From the IMG/VR virus record IMGVR_UViG_3300046534_001090, positions 1 to 55,000 of that record: a DNA stretch of 55,000 nt, one strand, 5' to 3'. This stretch comes from a virus (Duplodnaviria; Caudoviricetes). The translations under genes were made by a program, and so were the position numbers. Of the stretch, positions 46,060 through 54,780 are shown one piece after another. The notes below the pieces were generated by a model. That model was not told where the DNA came from. It saw only the letters and a program-made list of their open reading frames with translations, and ran no database searches. Positions within the stretch are counted from its first letter, which is position 1, and every line of letters begins with the position of its first letter.

Positions 46060-46638
46060 CTAGACCGCCCCAATATCTTTAAGGGCAAAATAAACTTCCT
46101 TGGCGCCAATGGTGTCAGCGAGAGCTCTATGAGTTTCCTTGAATACGTCTTCACCAAAGAAGTGAGCATGAGCCTTTACCAGAGAAGGTGTTTTACCGCC
46201 GATATGCTTTTGAGCTAATCTCATAGCGCAAACATAAAGATCCTTGTCTTCTTTCCAGCTTCTCATTGCTTCAGGATCAAACCGATATCGCATCTGAGCT
46301 ATCCGCAAAATTCTGTTATCGAAGACAGTGTTGAAGGCCATACGAACATCGCAACGCTCGTACATGACCATGAACTGATCTAAGGCACTAATCTCGGGAA
46401 TACCCTCATCCATCGCTCTTTCCATGGTAATGCCATGCTTTTGAAACGCTTCAGAGCTTTCATCCCATGACCAGCCATCTGGCTTAATAATGAATGACAT
46501 TTCATCAAGAGTTTCACGAGTAGAGGTATCCACTAACTGAGCTGCTATCTCAACAAGGTGTGGCTGGGCAGCATCATTACTTGGGATTCCCCAATTAGGA
46601 AGGCCGGTAGTCTCTGTATCAAACGAAAGTAATTTCAT
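46060..46638 (-). CDS. DEDDh 3'-5' exonuclease (DnaQ-like)
   Basis: FDTETTG, HGIT, AFN..FD and HRALAD motifs. Confidence 0.9.
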   Translation of the reverse strand: MKLLSFDTETTGLPNWGIPSNDAAQPHLVEIAAQLVDTSTRETLDEMSFIIKPDGWSWDESSEAFQKHGITMERAMDEGIPEISALDQFMVMYERCDVRMAFNTVFDNRILRIAQMRYRFDPEAMRSWKEDKDLYVCAMRLAQKHIGGKTPSLVKAHAHFFGEDVFKETHRALADTIGAKEVYFALKDIGAV

Positions 46639-46665
46639 AACTTATAGTCCTGGCTCTAGTGAGTT

Positions 46666-48627
46666 TTAAAGGTTTTCTATGTCGCTGGCAGTAATGGTTA
46701 TCAGAGTATAATTGCACTCGTTTGTTCGAGTTCCTATATGGATGCCTTTACCAGATAGATCTTCTATCTCAATAAATTGAGATTTGGGTCCATTTTCAAC
46801 CAAGCGAATAACAATACCCTTCTCTTTAAACAACCGATCAAAGAGAACTCTATTATCAGAATCAGGGATATCAGCAGCCTCACTAACAGGAGCAGTAGTT
46901 GCAAATTGCATAGGCTTAGGAGTTTCAATAGCCGGCTTAATGGATTCAGCAGGATTGACAGTCTGGGTAGGCTTCTCTTGTTCTTTAGCCTTAAGATCAT
47001 CAAGTGCTTTCTGATCATCTAGCGCCTTTTGATCATCCAATGCTTTCTTAACGTCAACAAGTTCTTGCCTGGCATCCTGATACACCTGAATGGCATCATC
47101 AATCAACTTCAAAGCACCTATTTTCTTATCGTTAACTTCGATAGAAAATTCTTCCATGCTGGTTGGGTCTATTGCTGAAATATTAGATTTAGCAACAGCA
47201 AGGTGCGCTTCTTCCATTTCTGGGATCATAGAAACAGTGATATCTATCGTGCTCAAAACATCTTTATGTTTCTGGATACGCTCACTATTTAAACGATCCA
47301 GTTCTTCTTTGTAAATTCTAATTTCAGACAAAATGTGCAGTGTCAAATGCTCACTACCCATCTGGCATAGAGATTGAAGATCTTGAAATAAAGGCTGGTA
47401 AACCGCTTCGATCTTTTTAATGCGAGCAAGGTTAGCTCTAATCAAATCGCGCTTTTCGGTTAGCGATATCTTTACTTCTGCTATCTCATCATTAATAGCA
47501 CTTTGCATATTATCCAAAGAACGCTTGCCCTTGATCACTTCTGAGAAATCGGGAACTTTAAAGCCAGGGACAAAAACACCATCGGCAGAAAACTCTTTGT
47601 TGGCTTGAGCTACAGCTTCTCTGAATACGGATACAGCAGACTCAATTAGCTTTATTCTACGGCTTTCTTTTTGATCTTTAATTTGCCGCTGAAGATTAAG
47701 CCGAGTTTGGCGAGCCATGTTTTCCCTAATATCTTCTACAGCCGATATAATTGAATCAAGGTTAGCCTTGCTAGTTAGCTGCTCTTTAATGCCAACACAC
47801 TTACCCTCTATATCCTGAAGCCACTTAACATCTTGTTCGGCATTGGCAAAGTCTTGATCACTATCTAGCTCAACAGGGATCTGGCTTATGATTAACGCAG
47901 CCTGCTCTTTAAACTGCTTGATATTGTCTTCGGTAACTAACTGGCCACTAACGTCAACGCGAAGAACTGGAAGTGAATCAGTACGCTTACGGCCTATTAC
48001 CTGCTCTACCTTAGCCGTAGGAACATAATCAGCAACATCTTTATCTAATTGCGCCCAGGCCTTGATAAGCTGCTCTCTTCTTCCAGCAACCGGCCTATAG
48101 TCCATCCAAGCAAAGTTTTCTTGAGTGCCATCAGAGCAAACAAAAATACAACGCTGCATGTTTTGATTAACTAGGAACTGGTGCTCTAACTGCCAGAAAA
48201 TATATGGCGGTAGATCCTTTTCCTTAACAGCATTGAAAAGGCCGACATTGAACTGCTTATGCTCAAAAGTAGTATCGTTAGCATCCAGCGAATTAACACC
48301 ATCATAAGACGCTAGATATTCGCCTAGTGTGCAGGTAATTGGGTATAGATCTTCGCCAAATATTTCTTCAACAACCGCTCTTGCTTTGGCTTCAGTCTCA
48401 TGGCCGCGGGTAAATACAACTCGCTCAACATAGTCGCTGTATTCTTTAGGCTCCAAAGTAGCCTTTTGATGGATCAACTCATCGCGCTTAACATTGGGAT
48501 GACAACCCATCATCATTGGCGCCTCACTAGCTGTTTTAGTCTTTGGAATAGCTCTTAAAGCATGCCATTCGGCAGATCCTTGGGGGCATGTATGCGTTAT
48601 CATTTCCATTGCTGTTTCCTTTTTCAA
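46666..48627 (-). CDS. YqaJ-like (lambda-exonuclease family) nuclease with long coiled-coil extension
   Basis: QGSAEWHALR, TASEA, GHETE..AR, ASYDG, FEHK and WQLEHQ motifs; true start may be a few codons downstream. Confidence 0.88.
   Translation of the reverse strand: MKKETAMEMITHTCPQGSAEWHALRAIPKTKTASEAPMMMGCHPNVKRDELIHQKATLEPKEYSDYVERVVFTRGHETEAKARAVVEEIFGEDLYPITCTLGEYLASYDGVNSLDANDTTFEHKQFNVGLFNAVKEKDLPPYIFWQLEHQFLVNQNMQRCIFVCSDGTQENFAWMDYRPVAGRREQLIKAWAQLDKDVADYVPTAKVEQVIGRKRTDSLPVLRVDVSGQLVTEDNIKQFKEQAALIISQIPVELDSDQDFANAEQDVKWLQDIEGKCVGIKEQLTSKANLDSIISAVEDIRENMARQTRLNLQRQIKDQKESRRIKLIESAVSVFREAVAQANKEFSADGVFVPGFKVPDFSEVIKGKRSLDNMQSAINDEIAEVKISLTEKRDLIRANLARIKKIEAVYQPLFQDLQSLCQMGSEHLTLHILSEIRIYKEELDRLNSERIQKHKDVLSTIDITVSMIPEMEEAHLAVAKSNISAIDPTSMEEFSIEVNDKKIGALKLIDDAIQVYQDARQELVDVKKALDDQKALDDQKALDDLKAKEQEKPTQTVNPAESIKPAIETPKPMQFATTAPVSEAADIPDSDNRVLFDRLFKEKGIVIRLVENGPKSQFIEIEDLSGKGIHIGTRTNECNYTLITITASDIENL
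46993..47046 (-). repeat. Three 18-bp coding repeats (KALDDQ)
   Basis: KALDDQ-KALDDQ-KALDDL in the exonuclease tail. Confidence 0.8.
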
Positions 48628-48651
48628 TTTAAAACGGATTAATTAGTTGGT

Positions 48652-49578
48652 TTAGCTTTGCTCTTGATCGCTGGCCGGGGCTTCCTCAGTCGGCGCAGGC
48701 TTGGGTTTTAGTGTATTGATACCGGCCAGCTGCTCTTCAGTGAAGTTATACATAGTCCCAACAGTATCAATTATTGACTTGGTTGTTTTGCCGGCCTCAA
48801 CCGCTTTAGCCCATTTAGGAAGATTAGTTTTAAACTTTTCATCCGAGTAAAAGGGCAGCTCATTTTCTGGCACAGACTCACCTGGTATATCTGTCTCAGG
48901 ATCAGGTTCTATTCTGCCTGCACTATCATCAAGCTCTTCAGCTGCATAAACACCCATCAATGACTGAGGCGCAAAACGTCTAATGTACTTGCGAACTGCG
49001 GCATAGGTAATCTGCTGCTGGGGATCCAAGGCCCATCCGGTCGAGAAGCGCGGGTAACACTGGGCCAGTAAAACGGTTATCTCTCTAGGCTCAGTCTCGC
49101 CACTAAGAGTAGCGGTAACTTTAACGCCTAGACCTTCTTCGTCCTTTTTGTCCCAACCAGGCACGTAGTATTTCTTGTCATTTTTTTCGCTTGTCTGTTC
49201 CTTTACCTTGCCAAGTATCTTTTTCCAATCACCAATGAACTCAAAATTAGGCTGGGTCTTAAGCGCACCAGATGAAACAGCCACTGAGTTAATCAACTGA
49301 GCTTCATAACCTATGATGCCGCCAGGTGTAACAAACGTCTTCTGAGCCACTACATGAGGCAGCATGCCCCATTGCATGGCCTGCATTACCACCGCTAGGC
49401 AGTCTGAAGGCTTGCCGCGAAAGTGAATAGGGATAGTGGCAACACCTTTAGCCATAAAATCAGCAAACGTCATCATTGATTGAAGATTTTGCGGATTCAT
49501 TATCGACTGAGCTGTGCTCGGGCCTCTATCGTAAGTGCTGATAGCTGTTGAGTTGTTGTCTTCTGTGTTATCTGACAT
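48652..49578 (-). CDS. recT: RecT-family single-strand annealing protein
   Basis: IPIHFRGKPSDCLAVVMQAMQWGM.P..VAQKT, GYEAQL, W..DPQQQ and GVY..EEL; adjacent to the YqaJ exonuclease. Confidence 0.85.
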   Translation of the reverse strand: MSDNTEDNNSTAISTYDRGPSTAQSIMNPQNLQSMMTFADFMAKGVATIPIHFRGKPSDCLAVVMQAMQWGMLPHVVAQKTFVTPGGIIGYEAQLINSVAVSSGALKTQPNFEFIGDWKKILGKVKEQTSEKNDKKYYVPGWDKKDEEGLGVKVTATLSGETEPREITVLLAQCYPRFSTGWALDPQQQITYAAVRKYIRRFAPQSLMGVYAAEELDDSAGRIEPDPETDIPGESVPENELPFYSDEKFKTNLPKWAKAVEAGKTTKSIIDTVGTMYNFTEEQLAGINTLKPKPAPTEEAPASDQEQS

Positions 49579-49619
49579 TATTTTCTCCTGAAAAATAAAG
49601 TACGGGTTAGATAGTTTGG

Positions 49620-49787
49620 CTATTTGCCATCATCGATGAAGAATTCATCAAAGGCATCCATTGCACTGGACATAAGATCGGCGTCATCTGAATCTATTTC
49701 GACAGGGGAATGATAATTGTCGTTCGGGGCTTCGCCGGGAGAGGCAACGCGATTGGGGTCATCCGGTATATCGTATTTTCTTGGCAT
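49620..49787 (-). CDS. 55-aa acidic protein, first gene of the leftward operon, not in the ORF track
   Basis: GGAGG SD; MPRKYDIPDDPNRV...SAMDAFDEFFIDDGK. Confidence 0.65.
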   Translation of the reverse strand: MPRKYDIPDDPNRVASPGEAPNDNYHSPVEIDSDDADLMSSAMDAFDEFFIDDGK

Positions 49788-49828
49788 TTCCTGCCTCCTA
49801 ATTCCATTAAGATCAAACTACGGAGTGA

Positions 49829-49858
49829 ATTATGGTCCTAATGAATGCTTGCTGTCAA
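49829..49858 (-). promoter_or_regulatory. Leftward sigma70 promoter
   Basis: TTGACA-18 nt-CATAAT on the minus strand. Confidence 0.7.
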
Positions 49859-49877
49859 CACTTTTGCGCTAAATAGT

Positions 49878-49907
49878 TTGCGTGTAGAAAATATACCATG
49901 CTAAGAT
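49878..49907 (+). promoter_or_regulatory. Rightward sigma70 promoter
   Basis: TTGCGT-18 nt-TAAGAT with extended -10 TG. Confidence 0.6.
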
Positions 49908-49935
49908 TCGCTTGAAATTTACTAAGGAGCTATTT

Positions 49936-50169
49936 ATGACCATTAAGCTAAAAGACAAGCCAGCCTTCAAAGCATTAGCTGCCTTGAAGAAAGAGAGATA
50001 CACCCTTACAAATATTGTTGCCAAGATGCCAAAGGCAAAGGCTTGCAGTATTTCTAACCTAAGTCGCATTGCGAAGGGAAAGCAGGATTGCTGGCCTGAA
50101 CTGGAAAAAACCATTATTGCCGTAAAAATCAAACTTATTGGACCTGATAGCAAAGCAACAAAGGATTAG
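49936..50169 (+). CDS. Cro-like HTH regulator
   Basis: First rightward gene; TLTNIV...CSISNLSRIAKG HTH-like; AAGGAG SD before ATG 49936. Confidence 0.6.
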   Translation: MTIKLKDKPAFKALAALKKERYTLTNIVAKMPKAKACSISNLSRIAKGKQDCWPELEKTIIAVKIKLIGPDSKATKD

Positions 50170-50171
50170 TA

Positions 50172-50975
50172 ATGCACTTTTACTCTTGGAATATTGGTGA
50201 CTTTAATCTCCATACATCGCATTTAACCCTTGAGGAAGAGGGGGTTTATCGCCGTCTTTTGGATTTCTATTACGACACAGAGCTGCCGATACCAATAAAA
50301 ACCCAGCCGGTTATTCGTAGGTTACGATTGCTTTCTTACGAGCCTATAGTGGCATCTATTTTGGAAGAGTTTTTCTTTAAGCAGGCTGATGGGTGGCACA
50401 ATTTAAGGGCTGATATTGAGATAGATGACTATCACGCCAAGGCTAGGACAGCTAGGGTAAACGGCAAAAAAGGAGGAAGACCCAAGAAGAATGGGGCTCC
50501 TAAAACCCAATCGGTTATTTTAAATAACCCAGAAGAAACCCAGCCGGTTATTTTAGCTAACCCAGACCTAACCCAGACGAAAGCTAAACAAGAACTAATA
50601 ACTAATAACGAAGAACTAATAACCAATAACTACGTTAATCCGTTTCCACGGCTTAAAAGTTTGAATGGAATAGATTTTTCTCTATGGCCTAATCTTCCAG
50701 GCGATAAGACCATGGCATCTTGGCTTAAGTGCCGAGCAAAGAAAAAACTCGTTAATAGCCAAGAGGCGATGGATCTTACTTTGCGCGAAGTTATCAAGGC
50801 TAGTGAGTTTGGGGCAAGCGCAAATGACTGCATCTGGATGGCTGCAGCTAGAGGTTGGGGAGGATTTAAGGCAGATTGGATTAAGAAAGATATTGCGAGC
50901 GATAACCCTAGTTACCAGGGCAATCTACTGAAATCTAAAATTGGATCAATAATGGACAGGAGCTGGGCCGAATGA
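50172..50975 (+). CDS. Replication initiator (YdaU/DUF1376 N-terminus)
   Basis: MHFYSWNIGDF...T.HL..EEEGVYRRLLDFYYD, WHN.RAD.EI and NGKKGGRP motifs; internal iterons. Confidence 0.88.
   Translation: MHFYSWNIGDFNLHTSHLTLEEEGVYRRLLDFYYDTELPIPIKTQPVIRRLRLLSYEPIVASILEEFFFKQADGWHNLRADIEIDDYHAKARTARVNGKKGGRPKKNGAPKTQSVILNNPEETQPVILANPDLTQTKAKQELITNNEELITNNYVNPFPRLKSLNGIDFSLWPNLPGDKTMASWLKCRAKKKLVNSQEAMDLTLREVIKASEFGASANDCIWMAAARGWGGFKADWIKKDIASDNPSYQGNLLKSKIGSIMDRSWAE
50503..50632 (+). repeat. Iteron cluster, probable replication origin
   Basis: 33-bp units at 50503 and 50536 (AAACCCA..CGGTTATTTTA..TAACCCAGA), extra TAACCCAGA, isolated copy at 50299-50315, then two A-rich 21-bp repeats 50591-50632. 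Confidence 0.8.
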
Positions 50976-51670
50976 TCGAACTATTACACATTGACTGCAT
51001 GGAATACCTGAAAGGCCTTGAGGATAACGCTTTCGAGTTGGCGATTGTAGATCCTCCCTATGGGTTGGGGGAAGACGGGGGCACTAACCGTAACCATGGT
51101 GTAAAGCAAGCCAATGGAACGGTCCTAAACTGTTTTGATGGACAGTATAAAAATAAAAATTGGGATAAAGAGCCTCCATCGGAAAAATATTTTTTAGAGC
51201 TTTTTCGAGTTTCCAAAAATCAAATCATATGGGGGGCTAATTACCACCCGGTTGCACTTCAGGGCGGGGCTATTGTTTGGGATAAAGTTAATGATGGCGC
51301 TGATCAGTCAGGTGCAGAGATAGCGTTTTGCAGTCTTAATAATCGCGTGGATATAGTTAGATTTATGTGGCGCGGGATGATGCAAGGTTTGTCTGTTGAA
51401 AAAGGAACGGTGCAGCAAGGCAATAAAAAACTCAACGAGAAAAGAATTCATCCTACCCAAAAGCCTATAAAACTCTATGAATGGCTCTTAAAAAATTACG
51501 CCAAAGAAGGCGATGGGATCCTCGACACTCACCTAGGCTCAGCCTCGAGCGCAATAGCAGCACATTACGGCGGGTTTGATTTTGTAGGGTGCGAGCTTGA
51601 CGAAGATTACTACAAGGCGGCGGTAAAACGCTTTGACGCAGAAACAAAACAGCAGGCCATGCAATTATAA
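50972..51670 (+). CDS. DNA methyltransferase, N6A/N4C family (beta-type motif order)
   Basis: IVDPPY, HPTQKP and ILDTHLGS motifs. Confidence 0.92.
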   Translation: MIELLHIDCMEYLKGLEDNAFELAIVDPPYGLGEDGGTNRNHGVKQANGTVLNCFDGQYKNKNWDKEPPSEKYFLELFRVSKNQIIWGANYHPVALQGGAIVWDKVNDGADQSGAEIAFCSLNNRVDIVRFMWRGMMQGLSVEKGTVQQGNKKLNEKRIHPTQKPIKLYEWLLKNYAKEGDGILDTHLGSASSAIAAHYGGFDFVGCELDEDYYKAAVKRFDAETKQQAMQL

Positions 51671-51682
51671 TTAATACAGGAG

Positions 51683-51904
51683 TTGGGCCGAATGAGCAAA
51701 AGTAGCTTTATAGAAGATCTAGGACTGTCTAAAGTAGGCGCTCGGATTACAGGAATACACAAAGGAGTCTATATAAACCTACCGATTCCTTCTTGTAGTG
51801 ATCAAGACTGGCCGGCTGAGATTATAAAGGGACTAAATCAACAGCTTCAACAGACCTCTCAAGCCCAGCGACCAGCGAAGGAGCAGTGCCTAGATGAAGA
51901 CTAA
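51683..51904 (+). CDS. Hypothetical protein
   Basis: AGGAG SD; overlaps the next gene. Confidence 0.5.
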   Translation: MGRMSKSSFIEDLGLSKVGARITGIHKGVYINLPIPSCSDQDWPAEIIKGLNQQLQQTSQAQRPAKEQCLDED

Positions 51905-52295
51905 ACCAGATTTCAAGATTGGAGAGAACTACCTGCACCGTTGGTGGATATTGCCTAGAAACCGATATTTCAATATTTATCTTCATCGCTTCTATCGCTC
52001 GGATGATGATAGAGCTCTACATGATCACCCTTGGTGGAACTGCAGCATTATCTTGAGTGGATCTTACCGGGAGCATTTTAAGGCTCGAAGTGTCATTAGA
52101 AAGGCCGGTGACATTATATTTCGATTTCCTAAGACTGCTCATAGGATCGAATTATTAGATGGTCCAGTAACTACACTATTCCTTACAGGCCCGAAGATAA
52201 GGGATTGGGGGTTTCATTGCCCGAAGGGATGGCGGCATTGGAAAGATTTCACTAATCCAGAAAACAGCGGATTACCTGGCAGGGGTTGCGATTGA
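51894..52295 (+). CDS. Cupin-like phage protein
   Basis: YLHRW...NIYLHRF..SDDDRALHDHPW...GSY.E...HRIEL...WGF motif. Confidence 0.75.
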   Translation: MKTKPDFKIGENYLHRWWILPRNRYFNIYLHRFYRSDDDRALHDHPWWNCSIILSGSYREHFKARSVIRKAGDIIFRFPKTAHRIELLDGPVTTLFLTGPKIRDWGFHCPKGWRHWKDFTNPENSGLPGRGCD

Positions 52296-52795
52296 AAAAT
52301 ATACACCTTAAAAAAACTCAGTACGGATTTGAGGCAGCTACCGAAGAAGACCTTGAAGCTATCAGCTTGTACCCAGAAGGTTGTTTTTGTGTTGGCGATA
52401 TCGTTAAGCCCCGGAACGCTGAATTCCATAGATTGGGAATGGGATTACTGAGGTTTGGCTATAAGTATTTTGATCCACCAGGAAGCGTAATGGTCGATGG
52501 TGTTGAGGTTCCGGTAACAAAGAGCTTTGAGGCATACCGGAAACTGGTGACTATTAAGGCTGGATACTATGACGCAGTATCTACGTTCGATGGGAGAGGA
52601 ATAGTCTTAGAAGCTCACTCAATCAGTTACAGCGGCATGGAAGATGGCGAATTCCGAGAGTATTACAAGAATGTTAAGGATCTATTGTGGAGTGAGATAT
52701 TCAGCTCTTACGATGGATGGACAGAAGATCAGTATAACGAAGCAGTACAAAACTACATGGACGGTAAATACGGGAATATCAATGCCAAAAAGTAA
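52286..52795 (+). CDS. DUF1367-like phage protein
   Basis: PRNAEFHR, KSFEAYRK..TIKAGYY and SISYSGMEDGEF motifs. Confidence 0.75.
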   Translation: MRLKNIHLKKTQYGFEAATEEDLEAISLYPEGCFCVGDIVKPRNAEFHRLGMGLLRFGYKYFDPPGSVMVDGVEVPVTKSFEAYRKLVTIKAGYYDAVSTFDGRGIVLEAHSISYSGMEDGEFREYYKNVKDLLWSEIFSSYDGWTEDQYNEAVQNYMDGKYGNINAKK

Positions 52796-53162
52796 AACAT
52801 CAGGGGTCAATAAAAAGTTAAGCCAAGCAGGGATTGCAGCCTGGTTAGGAAGTGTAGCCGATTACGGCTGTGTTGTTTCAAGGGAGTCTAGTGTCGAGGT
52901 TCATCATGTATATGGCCGAACGTATAAGCACAACAAAACATTGATTGGCCATTTATATGTTTTGCCATTAGCTATCAGATATCACAATGTTCACAGCAAT
53001 CACTTTGCCAATGTTACGCACTGGCCCAAAAGGTTTGGTATTGAGTTTGGTTATCAGCGCGACCTGTTTAAAAATATGTGTCTGTCAATGATCGAAGATG
53101 GCATTGATGTTCCTATATCCGCAGAAGAAATGGATGCAATACTCGATTCACCACTTAGGTAA
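52782..53162 (+). CDS. Ref/DUF968-like HNH nuclease, degenerate
   Basis: GCVV...EVHHV.G...VLPL...H pattern; start ATG 52782. Confidence 0.55.
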   Translation: MPKSKTSGVNKKLSQAGIAAWLGSVADYGCVVSRESSVEVHHVYGRTYKHNKTLIGHLYVLPLAIRYHNVHSNHFANVTHWPKRFGIEFGYQRDLFKNMCLSMIEDGIDVPISAEEMDAILDSPLR

Positions 53163-53167
53163 TAAAA

Positions 53168-53656
53168 ATGAAAGGAATGAGCGGGCATCAAAGCCATGCA
53201 ATGTTAAAAGATGAGTGGCTAACCCCACCAAGTATAATTTCAAAATTAGGTTCTTTTGATTTAGACCCTTGTTCACCTATAGATCGACCCTGGGATACAG
53301 CCAAAACACATTACACGCTAATCGATGATGGATTGAACAAAGATTGGTTTGGCCGCGTTTGGTGTAATCCTCCCTATGGTAAAGAGGCTGCAGTTTGGCT
53401 TTCAAGAATGGCTTTTCATGGAAGTGGAATTTCATTGATTTTTGCAAGAACAGAAACAAAAATGTTTTTTGACCATGTTTGGGGGAAAGCCACCGGACTG
53501 CTTTTTATTAAAGGAAGATTATATTTTCATCATGTTAATGGCTCAAAGGCAAAATCTAATGCTGGTGCGCCTTCTGTGCTTATTTCCTATGGTGAAAATG
53601 ATGCTAATTATTTAATGAATTGCGGTATTGATGGAAAATTTATTGATCTGAGGTAG
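53168..53656 (+). CDS. Phage Dam-like N6-adenine DNA methyltransferase
   Basis: DEWLTP, FDLDPC, DGL..DW.GRVWCNPPY and ARTET motifs. Confidence 0.9.
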   Translation: MKGMSGHQSHAMLKDEWLTPPSIISKLGSFDLDPCSPIDRPWDTAKTHYTLIDDGLNKDWFGRVWCNPPYGKEAAVWLSRMAFHGSGISLIFARTETKMFFDHVWGKATGLLFIKGRLYFHHVNGSKAKSNAGAPSVLISYGENDANYLMNCGIDGKFIDLR

Positions 53657-53658
53657 AT

Positions 53659-54000
53659 ATGCCAAGAATTAACATTAAGCCACTAAGCGTAAACGAAGCA
53701 TGGAAAGGCCGGCGATTCAGAACGGATAAATACAAAGCCTACCAGCAGCATTGCTCGCTAATACTGCCTAGAAAGATCGATGTGCCTGAAGGCAAGTTGA
53801 AGCTCACTTTGATATTCGGCCTATCTAATATGGAAGCTGATTACGACAATCCCATTAAACCCTTTCAGGACATTATTTCAGCTAAGTACGGATTTAATGA
53901 CAATAGGATCTATGCGGGCTATCAGGAGAAGGTTGAGGTTGATAAAGGGAGTGAATTTATAGCCTTTAAGCTAGAGGCTTTCAAATCTTCATTAAAATGA
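53659..54000 (+). CDS. rusA: RusA-family Holliday junction resolvase
   Basis: PLSVN..W, DYDNPIK..QD and FNDNRI motifs. Confidence 0.85.
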   Translation: MPRINIKPLSVNEAWKGRRFRTDKYKAYQQHCSLILPRKIDVPEGKLKLTLIFGLSNMEADYDNPIKPFQDIISAKYGFNDNRIYAGYQEKVEVDKGSEFIAFKLEAFKSSLK

Positions 54001-54077
54001 CGCAAAAACACTTGCGGTATAGTTAATATTAGAATACTCTTAAATCCTAGATCGAAAATTAATAGCAGGAGAGCTAT

Positions 54078-54383
54078 ATGAAAATCGTAAGTAACCATTA
54101 CCCCAAAGTATGTCATGCCAAGCCCGGCGATATAATTCAGCTTCTTGAAGATGATAGTGAGCCCGGCAAAGGTTTGTATATGGTTTGTATTTATTGGCGA
54201 GAAGGCCAAAAGAAAAGCAGAAAACCGCTTAACGGCTTGAATGGCCTTTATAATATTGAGCAGCCATTGTTTTTGGTAAATATTGAAACTGGTGAAGCCA
54301 AGAACATGATTCACTTATCAGAAAGAGCAAGCATTATTAATGATGCTGAGTTGGTTGTTCCTGGTGTGACATTGGAATCTTGA
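54078..54383 (+). CDS. Hypothetical protein
   Basis: AGGAG SD; upstream TTGCGG-17-TACTCT possible promoter (54012-54040); downstream hairpin ~54404-54424. Confidence 0.6.
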   Translation: MKIVSNHYPKVCHAKPGDIIQLLEDDSEPGKGLYMVCIYWREGQKKSRKPLNGLNGLYNIEQPLFLVNIETGEAKNMIHLSERASIINDAELVVPGVTLES

Positions 54384-54490
54384 TTAATTAAACAATCTCA
54401 AACAAGCCTCTTAATTGGGGCTTTGTGGGTGAAAGACATAAGAGTTTTAAAATTCCCGGCAACGGCCTTAACTACTTAAAAGACTGATCA

Positions 54491-54769
54491 ATGCCTAATA
54501 AAAAATGCAGGGAGCTAACTAAAAAAGAATTTAGCGATTACGCCAGCGGCATGAGCGTTAAAGAAATAGCAGTTGGCAAAGACATAAGTCATTCCAGTAT
54601 TAATAAAAAACTGAAAGAGGTCGGTGTTATAAGAAGTAAAGAAGATGCCGTAAAACTTGCTCGGTCGCGTAATTCAGATGTAACTAGCCAAAGTAATTTG
54701 ACCCCAAAAGGGAAAGGCAATTCTTATAATGGCTTCCTTTCGCAAGACTGGCTTAGTCGCAAGCTATAG
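54491..54769 (+). CDS. Small HTH-like protein
   Basis: YASGMSVKEIA....ISHSSINKKLKEVGV. Confidence 0.55.
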   Translation: MPNKKCRELTKKEFSDYASGMSVKEIAVGKDISHSSINKKLKEVGVIRSKEDAVKLARSRNSDVTSQSNLTPKGKGNSYNGFLSQDWLSRKL

Positions 54770-54780
54770 ACAAATAAGGA

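Noticed and set aside
49869-50153. Minus-strand 94-aa ORF as the missing CI repressor
   Set aside because: Antisense shadow of the Cro-like gene with no HTH or S24 peptidase features, and it overlaps the rightward promoter
2431-52781. ORF-track starts at 2431, 4359, 10477, 18845, 46035, 49912 and 52644
   Set aside because: They run through terminators or upstream genes; downstream starts fit SD position or family N-termini better (2485, 4425, 10510, 18923, 45963, 49936, 52782)
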